From the human T2T-CHM13v2.0 reference genome, Homo sapiens, in NCBI RefSeq assembly GCF_009914755.1, contig NC_060926.1: a stretch of 64,000 bases of DNA; one strand, written 5' to 3'. The position numbers and the translations under genes were made by a program. Under the pieces are notes generated by a model. The model was not told the DNA's origin. It saw only the letters and a list, made by a program, of their open reading frames with translations, and ran no database searches. This document shows positions 40,495-52,850 of the stretch, piece after piece (position 1 is the first letter of the stretch; each line of letters begins with the position of its first letter).

Positions 40495-41500
40495 TGAATA
40501 TTTAGCGAGGCATTGTCCTAGACGATACAGGTACAAAGGTTAACAACAGAAAATCTGTATGTTGTGAGGACTCATAAAATAAAGGGGAGGGGATAAGTAA
40601 TTATTAGCAGAGTTTATATTATAATACTGAGGTATAATACAGTAAAATAGTAGAGAAATAACACAATATGATAATGGAGGTCTTAGAGCAAAACAAAGGA
40701 AGTGAACACGTTTTTGAGGAAAATTCAGAGAAGATTTGATGCTGAGGTGACACTTAAATGATGTGTAGGAGTTTTCGAGAACTCATTCCAAGCAGAGAAA
40801 AGTACACGCAAAATTCTGGAGGCCAATACAGGCATGGTGGATTCAGGGAAGCAGTGTTAGTTCAGTAGGGCTATAGTCCCAGACTGACATTCCACTCAAG
40901 TGGAAAGTGACGCCGGATTCAATTTTAAAGATCTTGTAAGGAGTTTGTGTTTTATCAAGTTGTGTCAAAAACTCAATGAAAATTTTAAGCTGGTAATTAA
41001 TGTCATCAGATGTGCATATTAGAAAGACAATCCTAGCAGCAATATAGGGAATGGTTGGAAGAGGCAAGAATTGGAAACAGGTAGACCACAAGAGGGACAG
41101 AGTAAGCGTTTTCAATGAGGGCAATAGAACCCTCAAAGGGGTAAAAATTGGCTAGGGGAAGAGGAATCTTAGCTATTAAAATGGTTTGTGAATCTCCAAA
41201 GCTCAATCCTACCCAAAACAATTGTATTGCCTGGTATTTAATTTCTCTCGTTAGGGAAAATAAATTTAATTTTGTTAGGGAGAATATATTTAATTAAATG
41301 TTTTAATGAACAAATAATGATTTTAAATTAAAATATATTAGTCTTCCTCTTGGAAAGGATAATGAAAAAAAGTTAAGAAAAGTAATGCTAGACTATTACT
41401 CCAATTTTGTAAAAGATAATCTTAACAAGTTTAAATAGGAAATTTGGGGCAAGAGATAAAGCAATAGATTGAAGAAATATTTAGGAGGTAAGATTATTAG
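40495..41500 (-). mobile_element. L2 fragments, with a possible hAT-Charlie insertion at ~41105-41392
   Basis: CATTCCAAGCAGAGAAAAGTAC and TTAGAAAGACAATCCTAGCAGCA L2 motifs. Confidence 0.6.
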
Positions 41501-41623
41501 TAAAACATGCCCCCAGCACCTTGTGTTTTCTTATAGTGGTTATTCTTATCCACATTAGGCTTTTAAAAGATTATGAGTATCCCAGCAACCTGAGACTCTA
41601 GCAGTCAATTTGCACCTATAATA

Positions 41624-41988
41624 CAGTGGTCCCCCGTTATCAGAGGTTTCACTTTCTGTAGTTTCAGTTGCCCATGATCAACTAGGGTGTGAAAATATTA
41701 AATAAATATTTCCAGAAATAAACCATTCCTAAATTTTAAATTGGGCAACATGCTGAATAGCAGGATGAAATGTCACACCATCCCTGCTCTGATCCATCTG
41801 GGATTTGAGTTATCCCTTTGTCTAGTGTGTCCACGCTGTATACACTACCAGCCTGTTAGTCACTTAGTACCTCGTCTAAGTTGTAAGAACAAAGAAACAG
41901 TATATATAAGGTTTGGTACTATCTGTGGTTTTAGGCATCCACTGGGGGGTCTTGGAATATGTCCCCCACAGATAAGGAGGTACTACGG
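41624..41988. mobile_element. MER44A-like (Tigger7-derived) MITE
   Basis: TA|CAGTGGTCCCCCGTTATC … GATAAGGAGGTACTACGG|TA: TIRs with TA TSD. Confidence 0.88.
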
Positions 41989-42509
41989 TAAATTACATCT
42001 TTGTGCAATCTAACACCCAGAACTTGAATTAAGTTTCTATGTTGGTTCTTTAAACAAATAGTACAATTAATAAGAAAGTTGTCAAGTAAAATGAGGCACA
42101 TTGTGGTTTTGTCCTCTTACTTGACTCACACAGGTACTACTTTACATATATTCACAGATAAGTAGATTATGTAAGCTACTCCAAAATTAGCCTGTGAAGA
42201 GAATCACCTTGATTTTCTGCCTGAATCTTTTTGTTTTTAACTTTGAGAGATATTTTAAGTGACAAACTGGGGTTACTGCTCTCTAAATAGCTTGATTTAA
42301 ATGCTCCCCAAAGACTCCATAGTAAATATTTGAATTATGAGACTGTAGAAAGTCCACGAAATGTATTCTAAAGATGCAGAAAGTGTTAATGGTTGTTTGT
42401 TAGAGCCGATTTCTACTAGAAAAACAATATAAAAATAGTCCACAATAGCATCTAGCTAAGCCATGGCACAACTATGTAATAAAAATCTATGCAGATATAA
42501 AAAGAATAA

Positions 42510-42760
42510 TGCATATATGTATGTATATGTGTTTATATACATCATATATAAATATATATAATGTGTATATATACATATATGTATATAATATATAAATATA
42601 TTATAAATATATTCTGCAACTTTTTTCACCTATGATCTAGTGTATCTTGACATGTCAAGATACACAAAAACATGAACACACAGCAATTTTATATACATAT
42701 GTGTGTGTGTGTATATATATATACACACACACACATATATATGTAAAGATATACATACCA
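42510..42760. repeat. (TA)/(TG)/(CA)-rich low-complexity region
   Basis: Direct read. Confidence 0.85.
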
Positions 42761-42932
42761 GAATTAGGTGAAAAACTACAGTTGATTAACCATTTGTAAA
42801 ATATAATAAATTTACATAAAAAATCATGGGAAAGACAATAAAAACAGAATGTATAGTATTTTGATACATACACAATTATGTATTTCTATGCAGAAATTGC
42901 TGAAATAATATGATAGAAGATATTAATATTAG

Positions 42933-45399
42933 GGATATGTTTGGATCTGTGTCCTCACCAAAATCTCATGCTCAATTGTAATCCCCAATATTGGAGGTGG
43001 GGCCTGGTGGAAGGTGGTTGGATCATGGGGGTGGTTTCTCATGAGTGATTAAGCACCATCCCCTTGATTGTGATAGTGAGTGAGCTATCATGATCTGGTT
43101 GTTTAAAAGTGTGCAGCACTTCCCTGTCCACTATCTCTTCCTCCTGCTCTGGCCATGTAAGACATACCTGCTTCCCCTACACCTTCTGCCATGATCAAAA
43201 CTTTCCTGAGGACTCCCCAGAAGCCAAGGAGATGCATGCCAGCATCATGCTTCCTCTACAGCCTGAAGAACTATGAGCCAACTAAACCTCTTTTCTTTAT
43301 TATCCAGTCTCAGGTGTTTTTTATAGCAGTGACAGAATGAATTCATACAGAAAACTGGTACTGATGGTGAGGCATTACTATAAAGATACCTGAAAATGTG
43401 GAAGTGATTTTGGAACTGGGTAACAGGCAGAGGTTGGAAGAGTGTGGAGGTGTCAGAAGAAGACAGGAAGATGAGGCAAAGTTTGAAACTTCCTGGAGAC
43501 TTTTTAAACTGTAGTGACCAAAGTAGTGATCATGATATGGACAATGAAGTCCAGGTTGAGAAGGTCTCAGATGGAGATGAGGAACTTATTGGGAACTGAA
43601 GCAAAGGTCATTTTTATTATGCCTTAGCAAAGACATTGGGTGCATTGTACCCCTGCTCTAAGGATCTGTGGAACTTTTTAAACTGAGACTGATGATGTAG
43701 GGTAACTGGCAGAAGAAATTTCTAAGCAGCAAAGGGTTTCAAGATGTATCCTGGCTTCTTCTAGCAACCTATGCTCATATGCATGAGCAAAAAAATGACA
43801 TGAAATTGGAATTTATATTTAAAAGGAAAGCAGGAATTTATATTTAAAAGAGAGCATAAAAGTTTGGAAAATTTGCAGCCTGTCCATATGGTAGAAAAGA
43901 AAAGCCTATTTTCAGGGGAGGAATTCAAGTAGGCTGCAGAAATTTGCATAACTAAAAAGAATGCTAATACTAATATTCAAGACAATAAGGAAAAAAGCCC
44001 TGAAGGCATTTCAGAAATCTTCATGGCAGCCCCTCCCATCACAGACCCAGAGGCCTAGGAGGGAAAAATGGTTTCATGGGAAAGGCCCAGGGCCCCACCG
44101 TGCTGTGCAGCCTCAGGAAACTTCTCCCTCAGGCACTCCAGCTTCAACTGTGGCCCAAGGAAGCACAGGTAGAGCTTGAATTGCTGCTTCAGAAGGTGCA
44201 AAAAATAAACCTTAGTGGTTTCCATACAGTGTTAAGCCTGTGAGTGTGCACAGTGCAAGAATTGAGGCTTGGGAGCCTCTGCCTAGATTTCAGAGGATGC
44301 ACGAAAAAGCCTGTATGTCCAGGCAGAAGCCTGCTGCAGTGGTGGAACACTCATGAAGAACCTCTACTAGGGCAGTGCAGAGAGGAATGTGGGTCTGGAG
44401 CCCTCACACAAAGTCATCACTGGGGTACTGCCTATTAGAGCTGTAAGAAGAGAGCTTCCACCCCCCAGACCCAGAATGGTAAATCCACCAGCAGCTTGCT
44501 CCCTGTGCCTAAAAAAGCAACAGGCACTCAACACCAGCCTGTGAGAGCAGCTGTGGGGGCTGAACCCTTCAAAGTCACAGGGACAGAGCTGCCCAAGGCC
44601 TTGGAAGCTTACACTTTTCATGAGTATTCCCTAGATGTGAGACATGGAGACAAAGATTATTTTAGAGCTTTAAGATTTAAAAACTGTCTGCTAGGCTTCA
44701 GACCTGCATGGGACCTGTAACCCCTTTCTTTTGGCTGATTTCTCCCTTTTAGAATTGGGGTACTTACTCAGTGCCTATACTCCCACTGTATCTTGAAAGT
44801 AACTAACTTGTGTTCAATTTTACAGGCTCATGAGTGGAAGAAACTCGCCTTGTCTCGATGAGACTTTTGACTTTTAACTTTTGAGTTAATGCTGAATGAG
44901 TTAAAACTTTAGGGGTTATTGGGAAGGCATGATTTTATTTTGCAAAGTGAGAAGGACATGAAATTTAAGAGGGTTCAAGGATAGAATGATATGGTTTGGA
45001 TCTGTGTCCTCACCAAAATGTCATGTTCAATTGCAATCCCCAAAATTGGAGGTGGGGCCTGGTGGGAGGTGATTGGATCATGGAAGAGGTTTCTCATAAA
45101 TGGTTTAGCTCTGTACTCTTGGTTGCAATAGTCAGTTATCATGAGATTTGGTTGCTTAAAAGTGTGTAGCACCTCCCCTCACCCTCTTCCTCTTCCTCTT
45201 GTCACTTACAATGAGCCTGCTTCCCCTTTGCCTTCTGTCATGATTGAAAGTCTCCTGAGGGCTACCCAGGAACCAAGCAGATGCCAGCATTATGTTTCTT
45301 GTACACCTTGAGGAACCAGGAGCAAATTAAGCCTATTTTCTTTATAAATTACCCAGTCTCAGTTATTTCTTTATAGCAGTGCAAGCATGAGCTAATATA
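42933..45399 (+). mobile_element. Complete MaLR, MSTA-like: 5' LTR 42933-43349, internal 43350-44986, 3' LTR 44987-45399
   Basis: Both LTRs start GATATG(G)TTTGGATCTGTGTCCTCACCAAAAT; flanks ATTAG / ATTTG are a 4/5-matching 5-bp TSD. Confidence 0.93.
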
Positions 45400-45589
45400 A
45401 TTTGATACTACCAAAGAATGGCAATGAAGAATCGGAGTTAGGGACTGGAAAATATTTGCTGCTAACATTTTACTCTTCTGCTGTACATTTTATAGCTTGA
45501 TCATAAAATAAAGTTTACACTTAAAAATTGTTTTACTTCATTATTTGTATGAGTGTTTAGATTGGAAACGTGTATATGATACTTCAAGT

Positions 45590-45850
45590 TCACTCATTAG
45601 TATTCCATATGAGCTTGAGAAAAATGTGTATGTTGATATTTCAGTAGCAGAGTTTTAAATATGTTTATTGGGCCAAGCTTGATAATTATGTTATCTAAAT
45701 TTTCTATATTTCTATTAATCTTTTAGGCTTCATGATCTATTAGTTTATGAAAAGTATGTGAATATATTACCATATAGTAACTGATTTAATAATTATATTA
45801 ATTCTGACTTTTTTACTTGATATGATTGAGGCTATACTATTGAGTATTGA
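45590..45850 (-). mobile_element. Old L1M endonuclease-region fragment
   Basis: CCATATGAGCTTGAGAAAAATGTGTAT motif. Confidence 0.6.
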
Positions 45851-45959
45851 ATACATGGATAAATACGTATTTTTGACAATTTGTTCTTTCTATCATCATT
45901 GAATAATTCTTGTTATTTTTCCTGCAGTTTCTATCATTAAAATTTGTAGTTAAATAAAC

Positions 45960-46590
45960 AAGGCTGAGTTTTGTCATAGAGGTGAAATGGTTTGAATTAT
46001 CATATATTGCTAGTGGGAATATAAATTTTATAACCACTTTAGGAAGCTATATATTTGACTGTAACAACTAAAATCGAATATATGCATTCCTTATCATCCG
46101 ACAATTCTACTCCCAGATGTATACTTAACATGCACATGTCTACTAAGCCAATATATGTAAGAATATTCGTGGTGCCATATTTTATAATATCCACAAACTG
46201 GAAACATTCCAAATATCCATCAACAGTGCATGATGTACACACATTGTAGTAAACTTATACAATCTATGTAATATAGCAATAAAAATGAATTCAAATTCAT
46301 GGATGAAACCTACAAACTTAAATGTTGAGTAGAAAATTAAACCCTGAAAAATACTTGCAAGCAATACTAAACCACATGGAAGTGAGAATAATATTCAACT
46401 TTGGGGATAAAGAGGAGATATTACTTGATAGTGTGTGTGAGCAGTGCTTTGGTAAACTGCCAATTATCCTTTCTTTGACTTTGCTAACAGTTATATAGTT
46501 TTTTTGTTTTATGGTAATCTATTTGTTATTATGTAAATTTATGTTTTGTGTACCTTATTGTACATTTAGAATACTCAATTATAAAAAAGC
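45960..46590 (+). mobile_element. L1ME-type 3' end
   Basis: AAACTGGAAACATTCCAAATATCCATCAACAG…CATGGATGAAACCTACAAAC. Confidence 0.7.
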
Positions 46591-46597
46591 AAAAATA

Positions 46598-46902
46598 GGC
46601 CAGGTGCAGTGGCTCATACCTGTAATCACAGCACTTTGGGAGGCCAAGGCAGGCAGATTACCTGAGATCAGGAGTTTGAGACCAGCCTGGCCAACATGGC
46701 AAAACCCCATCTCTACTAAAAATAAAAAAATCAGCTGGTTGTGGTGGTGAGCGCCTGTAGTCCCAGTGTACAGAGGCTGAGGCAGGAGAATCTCTTGAAT
46801 CCAGGAGGCGGAGGTTTCAGTGAGCCAAGACTGTGCCACTGCACTCCAGCCTGGGCAACAGAGTAAGGCTCTGTCTCAAAAAAAAAAAAAAAAAAAAAAA
46901 AA
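46598..46902 (+). mobile_element. AluS (Sx/Sz-like) with long poly(A) and TSD
   Basis: Full dimer; flanks AAAAAAGCAAAAAT / AAAAAAGTAAAAAT. Confidence 0.97.
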
Positions 46903-46959
46903 GTAAAAATGAAGTTTTCAAGAAATAGGAATACATGAATTCTTTTAAAACTATAAAAT

Positions 46960-48060
46960 ATATTTACCTCTCTTGCCAAACCAGCATGATTAATGAGGAA
47001 ACAATAGAGCATTTCTTGTTAAGTCAGAAACAGGAAAAATAGGGTCATTACACTATTTTGTGTTAAAAATAACTTTTCACTGGAGGTGCTTTGCAATTGC
47101 ATTTGGGCAAGAGAATGTTATTTGAGATTTTTAAACACATTAAAAGAAAAAGCTAAAACTTTTCAGTTTTCATAGATTCTGTAATTTTATACATGTGACA
47201 TCCAAGAGAAAACCCTAAAAATTTAACAAGCTAGTTACTGAAGTATTAAACTGGCAGAGACACCAACAGCTTTCTATATATCAGCAGCAACCATTTAGAA
47301 GATAAAATAAACATCACCGTTTACCATAATAACAACAATAAAAATCAAACTCCTAAGAATACAGTAAAAAGAAAAGTAAAAGTTATATACACAGAATATT
47401 TTCAAGCTCTACTGAAAGACACAAAAGATTTGAACAAATGAAAATAAATTGAATATACTTGGGCAGGAAGATTCTGCATCATAAAGGACTCATTTTTCTA
47501 TAAGTGATATTATGTTAATGAGATCTTCAAAAAATACTATCTTTATTCTTTTCATCCATGGTTCATATGAAAAAAAATAGGCTAATAATAAAAACCTGGA
47601 AAACCCAGAAATAGAAGAAAAATAAGGAAAGGACTGCGCCTCTCAGATGTTGGTATATGTTTTAAAATCTGAAAATTAAAACACAGTATACAGTTTCATT
47701 AGTAAACAAACAAACTGATGTAAAATAATAGAAATTCCAAAGATCAATCAAAATATGTATGGGTCTTATTATAATATAAAATTGGCATCTCAAATCAGGT
47801 AGGAAAAAGTTATAATTACCCAGTAGTCTTAAGACAACTGAATTAGCCCTTTGAAAACTAATTTAGAGTTATGCCTCACATTGTAAGGATATCTTCTAAA
47901 CAGGCCAAAGATTTAATTGACAAAATAGTAAATATTTTTAAATACTATAAGTTATGGAAAAATTATTTATGTTCCTAGAGAAGGTAAGATAGGCCTTTCT
48001 AATTATGTCTCAGAATCTAGAAATCATAACCGAATAAATTGATAAATTGTTCTAAATATC
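46960..48060 (+). mobile_element. Very old L1ME ORF2 fragments
   Basis: CTACTGAAAGACACAAAAGATTTGAACAAATG, CAACAGCTTTCTATATATCAGCAGCAACC. Confidence 0.6.
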
Positions 48061-48788
48061 GAGACCATGATTCTCAACAATAACTAATAATGTTTATGTC
48101 CAAAATTGTAATTCCACATCAGAAAATTGTGCAAATAACAAGAACTAGATAAAGTTCAACTTGTTAGGAGAGATGACAAAGGTCAATCACTTTCTGCACT
48201 GGGAGAATTTGTCAATTCTGAGCATGGCCTGAACATTAGGCATAACCTAAGCAGAAGGGCTCAGCTGGGGAAAAGAGAGAAAGCGGAGTTGGTTATGGTT
48301 GTGAACCCTAACATGACAGATCATTATTTAGGGGAGCCTCAAACACACATCTGCCTTTCCCCAGGAGAAATTTGTTGACATCTGTCATAGAATAGAAAGC
48401 TGGAGGGCTAAGTCTGCAACACCTAAACAGGGCAGAGTAAAATCTGTGGTCTTGTGGTTCTTAGGAATCAAAGTCCCACTAGAAGAGGATCCCACGTCAA
48501 ATACACAAAGCCCCCTTCTCTCTTAAGACATGTGCTAGATTCTGAAGCTTTGTGGGTGGAGGCTAAGGAGCTAAACTCAAGACCTTCACAGGACAAAAAT
48601 GATTCTTCTAGAAATGTTTATTAGTGAGGAGACAAAAATAATAAAATTCAACAACAACAAAAAAGAGTAGGGTAATGCCCAAAGGAAAGGACAAACTGAA
48701 GTGAAAAGAATCTTTCTAAAACTGCAACTCAACCGAAACAAGCCTAATTCCTGATTGGTTGAGGTTACCAGTGTATCATCTTATTTGT

Positions 48789-49143
48789 TGTCTTAGTCAT
48801 CTCAGACTGCTGTAACAGAGTACCATTGACTGGGTAGCTTATAAACAATTGACATTTATTTCTTATAGTTCTGGAGGCTGAAAGTCCCAGAGTAGGGTGC
48901 CACCATGGTTCTGGTGAGGGCGCTCTTCCAGGCTGCAGATGGCAGACTTCTTGTATCCCCATGTGGTGGAAAGACAGCAAATTAGCTCTCTGGCCTCTCT
49001 TATGAGGGCACTAATCTCATTTATGAAGGCTGCACAATCATGACCTAATTACCTTCCAAGGCCCCACCTCCAAATACCATCACATTGCATACTAGACTTC
49101 AACGTAGGAATTTTACACAGGAACAAACTCTCAGTCCATGATG
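48789..49143 (-). mobile_element. MLT1A-like solo LTR
   Basis: TGTCTTAGTC…CTGCTGTAACAGAGTACC…AGTTCTGGAGGCTG…CCCCACCTCCAAATACCATCACATTG. Confidence 0.88.
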
Positions 49144-49309
49144 CTTGCCTGACAAAGAATATCACTTCTGTTGAAACGTAACATTACTGTAGGATCCCCA
49201 GTTCTCTTGCTCACATATCTGACATAGAAAGAAAAATTAGAAAACATGTGGGGGCAGGGAATTATGATCCATTGTTAAGAGGAAAAGCAAACAATAGAAA
49301 TAATCAAGG

Positions 49310-49645
49310 ACCACAGTTCTCCTAGGTTTTTCCCAGTGAAAGACTGGGAAAATCCACCAGGATTATGATGCTGGCCCATTGATGCCTAGAGAGGGATTCT
49401 TCTAATAGGAAAATATTGCTTACTGATTTCCACCACCATGACTGAGGCTTTCTCAGAATTGTGCTGCAGTCTGAGGCACTTCCTACCTGATACTTTCTTT
49501 CCTCTCTCCCTTAACAGGAGTCTGAAGTCACTGCAGTCTTAAGTCTCTCCCTGTTTATTCCATTCTTCAGAAGTGTCTCCCTCAATAAATATCTTGCACA
49601 CCTAATTCCATCTAGGCATTTGTTTCTCAGAGGATTCAAAAGACA
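49310..49645 (+). mobile_element. Old ERVL-type LTR 3' part (LTR40/41-like)
   Basis: AATAAATATCTTGCACACCTAATTCCATCTAGGCATTTGTTTCTCAGAGGA terminus. Confidence 0.55.
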
Positions 49646-51044
49646 TAAATAGTGGATTAAATAATCTATTGCTATGCTTATTGGGAGCCCAGTATAAAAA
49701 GGCCAAAAATGTCAACCTAATTTTAATGCTAGCCTAAGAAAATGTCAAACAATGAGCAAATCTTCTATTTAAAAAAAAAAAAAAGACATTTAAGCTGGTC
49801 TAAGTCCTATTACATAACATACTAGCTATTTGTGATTCTTCAAGCCATTCCTGTGCTCTGCATCTTAAAAATCTGCAAACTTTCTGCAGTAGATGTGGAC
49901 CAGTCTTTTGGAAATGAGGTGTTGAAGGTGAGCAATGCAGTGAGCAGTGTACTCACATCATACTTGGCAGAATCCAATTCCCGGTACCATATAATTGAAT
50001 AGCTCTAGCTTTCCTGACTGGAATTCCCTTGGAGCTTAACTCCACACTGTTCATTTTCTTTCACCATCTGTTGATAACAATACGCCACCACTCTCTGGGG
50101 CTACTGGCCTGCAGTCCAGTGGTTGCTGCCTTCCAGAACTGCATGAAAACATTTTCAGAGATCTAGCCTAGTCTCAGGAGATACACAGAAACAGGGGCAC
50201 AGACACACCAGTCATCCTTAATTATAGAATCTGTGCTGCTACTCTAGAGTTCCTAATAATGATGTCAGCTATAGGTATACATCAGCAGTAAATTTAATGA
50301 GTTAGCTAGCACACTGGTTCAAACTGGCAAATCAGACACAAATCAGAAATCTGTATTGTTTTACCAAAAAATATTACAGGATATTGTCTACCAAGAGGCT
50401 CATGCAAAGCCAAAAGAAATGTTGAGTTTTAAAGGCAGATCCCCAGGTCCTTCCTTGTATGTCAGAAATGTGCTGGACGAGAAAAGATGAGGTCTCTAAG
50501 TGAGGTTCATGGAGTTTCTCAGACAGAGTACAGCATTTAAACAGAGCTGTGCAGTTTATACTACATTCTCTGGCGAGCCATGCCTCATGGTTCCTGTGTC
50601 CTATTTATTAAAGGTAAAAAGAGAGATTCTGCTAAAGGCATTTCCAACATCAGTCCCTTCATCCTAGCAAATGTCATTAATCAATTTACCTGAAGGTCCA
50701 GTTGACAAGGTGATTAGACTTGGTCACCTGCCTTTTTTTTTGTCCCCTGGGGTCATGTCCTTGCAAACCACCTCCCTCTCAGGCATGAAGGAATCAAAGG
50801 CTAACTGGTTTAATTCATTCCCTGGTGAATACAAAATGTAAGAATGAAAAAATAGAAAAAAAATCCAAAGGAAATTGCTAACAGAGAGTGAAGAATAGAT
50901 CGTGAAGAGATATAAAACAGAGAAGACCATGAATTCATTAGCAATCAGAGGTAGAGTGATCTCTTCAAAACATATAAGATTTGATTTCATACGTAGGACC
51001 TAGTGCTCTCTTGCTCTCTCTCTCTCTCTTTTTTTTCAACTTTT

Positions 51045-51200
51045 CTTGGTTGTTTAGCCTCTTTAGGCTTCAGTTCCTCAACAAAATGGTGAAATGGTGA
51101 TAATATTATCCACAGGAATGCTGTGAGGATCTAAATGAGGCAAATTATGTGAGAGTGCCTGGTACCTGCTAGAAGCACATAAAAATGTTATATGTTAATA
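51045..51200 (+). mobile_element. MIR
   Basis: GCTTCAGTTCCTCA…AAATGG…CACAGGAATGCTGTGAGGATCTAAATGAG. Confidence 0.7.
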
Positions 51201-51915
51201 TTTACTTTTTTCTATTACTTTTAAAAAATAGAAGAAAGTACTTTTAAAAGTACTTTTCCCTTTTAGTGGACATAACGCAAACATCCCAGGTATCTGGTAT
51301 CTATTCTTGTATGCTTTACCTGTTCTAAAATTCTCAAAATTGGTATTGTATTCCCTTGGGGAAATTTTAATTGCTCTTTCTGACTACAGAAGATTAAGGA
51401 CTAAAGAGGTCAGATGTCAACTCCATAGCCGAATATTACTTTAAAACTAAGTTTATATGGTGCTTTTAACTAATGCTATCTCTCTAAAAACTAGGACATA
51501 AGAAAAATCACAATTTATAAGTTAGGAGTTAGGGGAAAGTTCAAATAATTAATCAGCTTCATTCTAGCTCTTGCCCCTTTTGCACACATAATAGCAATAT
51601 TTGTGTGACATGATACCAAATGCTAAAGCTGTACCTAAGAAGGCTCTTCTCTCAAGATATGCAACTTTCTGCTTAATAATATAGCCTCACTCACTCTGAA
51701 TGAAATGAACAGAATCTCATTTGCTATCACTGATAACTAAAAGTCAGACACTAATGTCACATAAAGCACTGTGGCAAGATCTCCAACCAGACAATTGATC
51801 TCATGACATAGGGAACAATAAAAGGCAATACCCTAGGCTGATACCAAATTGTTGCTATTTTCTGGAGAGATGCTTCCTAGGAGAGGTCACTTTGAAAAGC
51901 AAGTAGTCTCTCTAG

Positions 51916-51917
<2 letters not shown>

Positions 51918-51946
<29 letters not shown>

Positions 51947-51966
51947 CACGTGCACGTGTGTGTGTA
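51918..51966. repeat. (GT)n microsatellite with embedded (CACGTG)2
   Basis: Direct read. Confidence 0.95.
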
Positions 51967-52484
51967 GCTGATATTTTACGACATTCCTCATTTAAATTTT
52001 ATATCAAGGTGATAGGGATGTTCTTATGAAGATAGGAAAATAGCTCACACTGCATTATCCTCATCTAGCATCTCTATGAGTTTTAGCACAGATGTGTACA
52101 ATGTTGTGATTCATTTTGTTTGTATAAAACAAGTTTATTTTTGAACCAGTCCTGCCAACAGTATTTTGCATTAACTTCAAGCTACAGTGAGCTTGAAATT
52201 ATTTTATTTCCTTACTAGATTTTTAATCTTTTAAAAATGAAAATTATTTCATAGAACCCCACAAAAGTGAAAATCTTATATTTCTTTTTCAGAGTCCTTG
52301 CAAGCTCTGCTGACTTCAAATTATTGGTCTTCCACCAAGTGATGCTCTTCTGATGAGTGTAGCATCAACTTACTTGTTAAATGTGGCAACCGAATGTCAT
52401 GATGAGGAAGTCATGTTCAAATGAGACTAGAATATGCTAACAATTTGGACCCATGGGTGAAGCCCAGTGATTTTTTGTTTATAT

Positions 52485-52850
52485 TTAAGTTAATAGGCTT
52501 TATTTTTAGAGTAGTTTTACAGAAAATTGAGCAAGTAGCATACAGAGTTCCCATATATTCCCTCTCTTTCTGACTTAAAGTCTCTCCTAGTATTATTTTG
52601 TATTAGTAAGGCACATTTGTTACAACTAATGAGTAAGAATTGATACACTGTTATTAACTAAAGACTAGGAGGTACCTTAGGGCTCACACTTTGCGTTGTA
52701 CAGTTATATGAGTTTTGAAAAATGTGTAATGTCAAGAAACCACGTGTACAGAATCATACAGAATAGTTGCACCACCCTATAACTATCCTGCAACTCACTT
52801 GTTTATCTGCCTTCTTATCTCTCCTGAACCCCTGGCAACCACTGATCTTT
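52485..52850 (-). mobile_element. L1MC1/2-type 3' end (continues at 60646)
   Basis: TACAGAAAATTGAGCA…ACAGAGTTCCCATAT…CCCCTGGCAACCACTGATCTTT. Confidence 0.85.

Noticed and set aside
43808-43850. 18-bp direct repeat GGAATTTATATTTAAAAG with 25-bp period
   Set aside because: Trivial slippage duplication inside MST-int.
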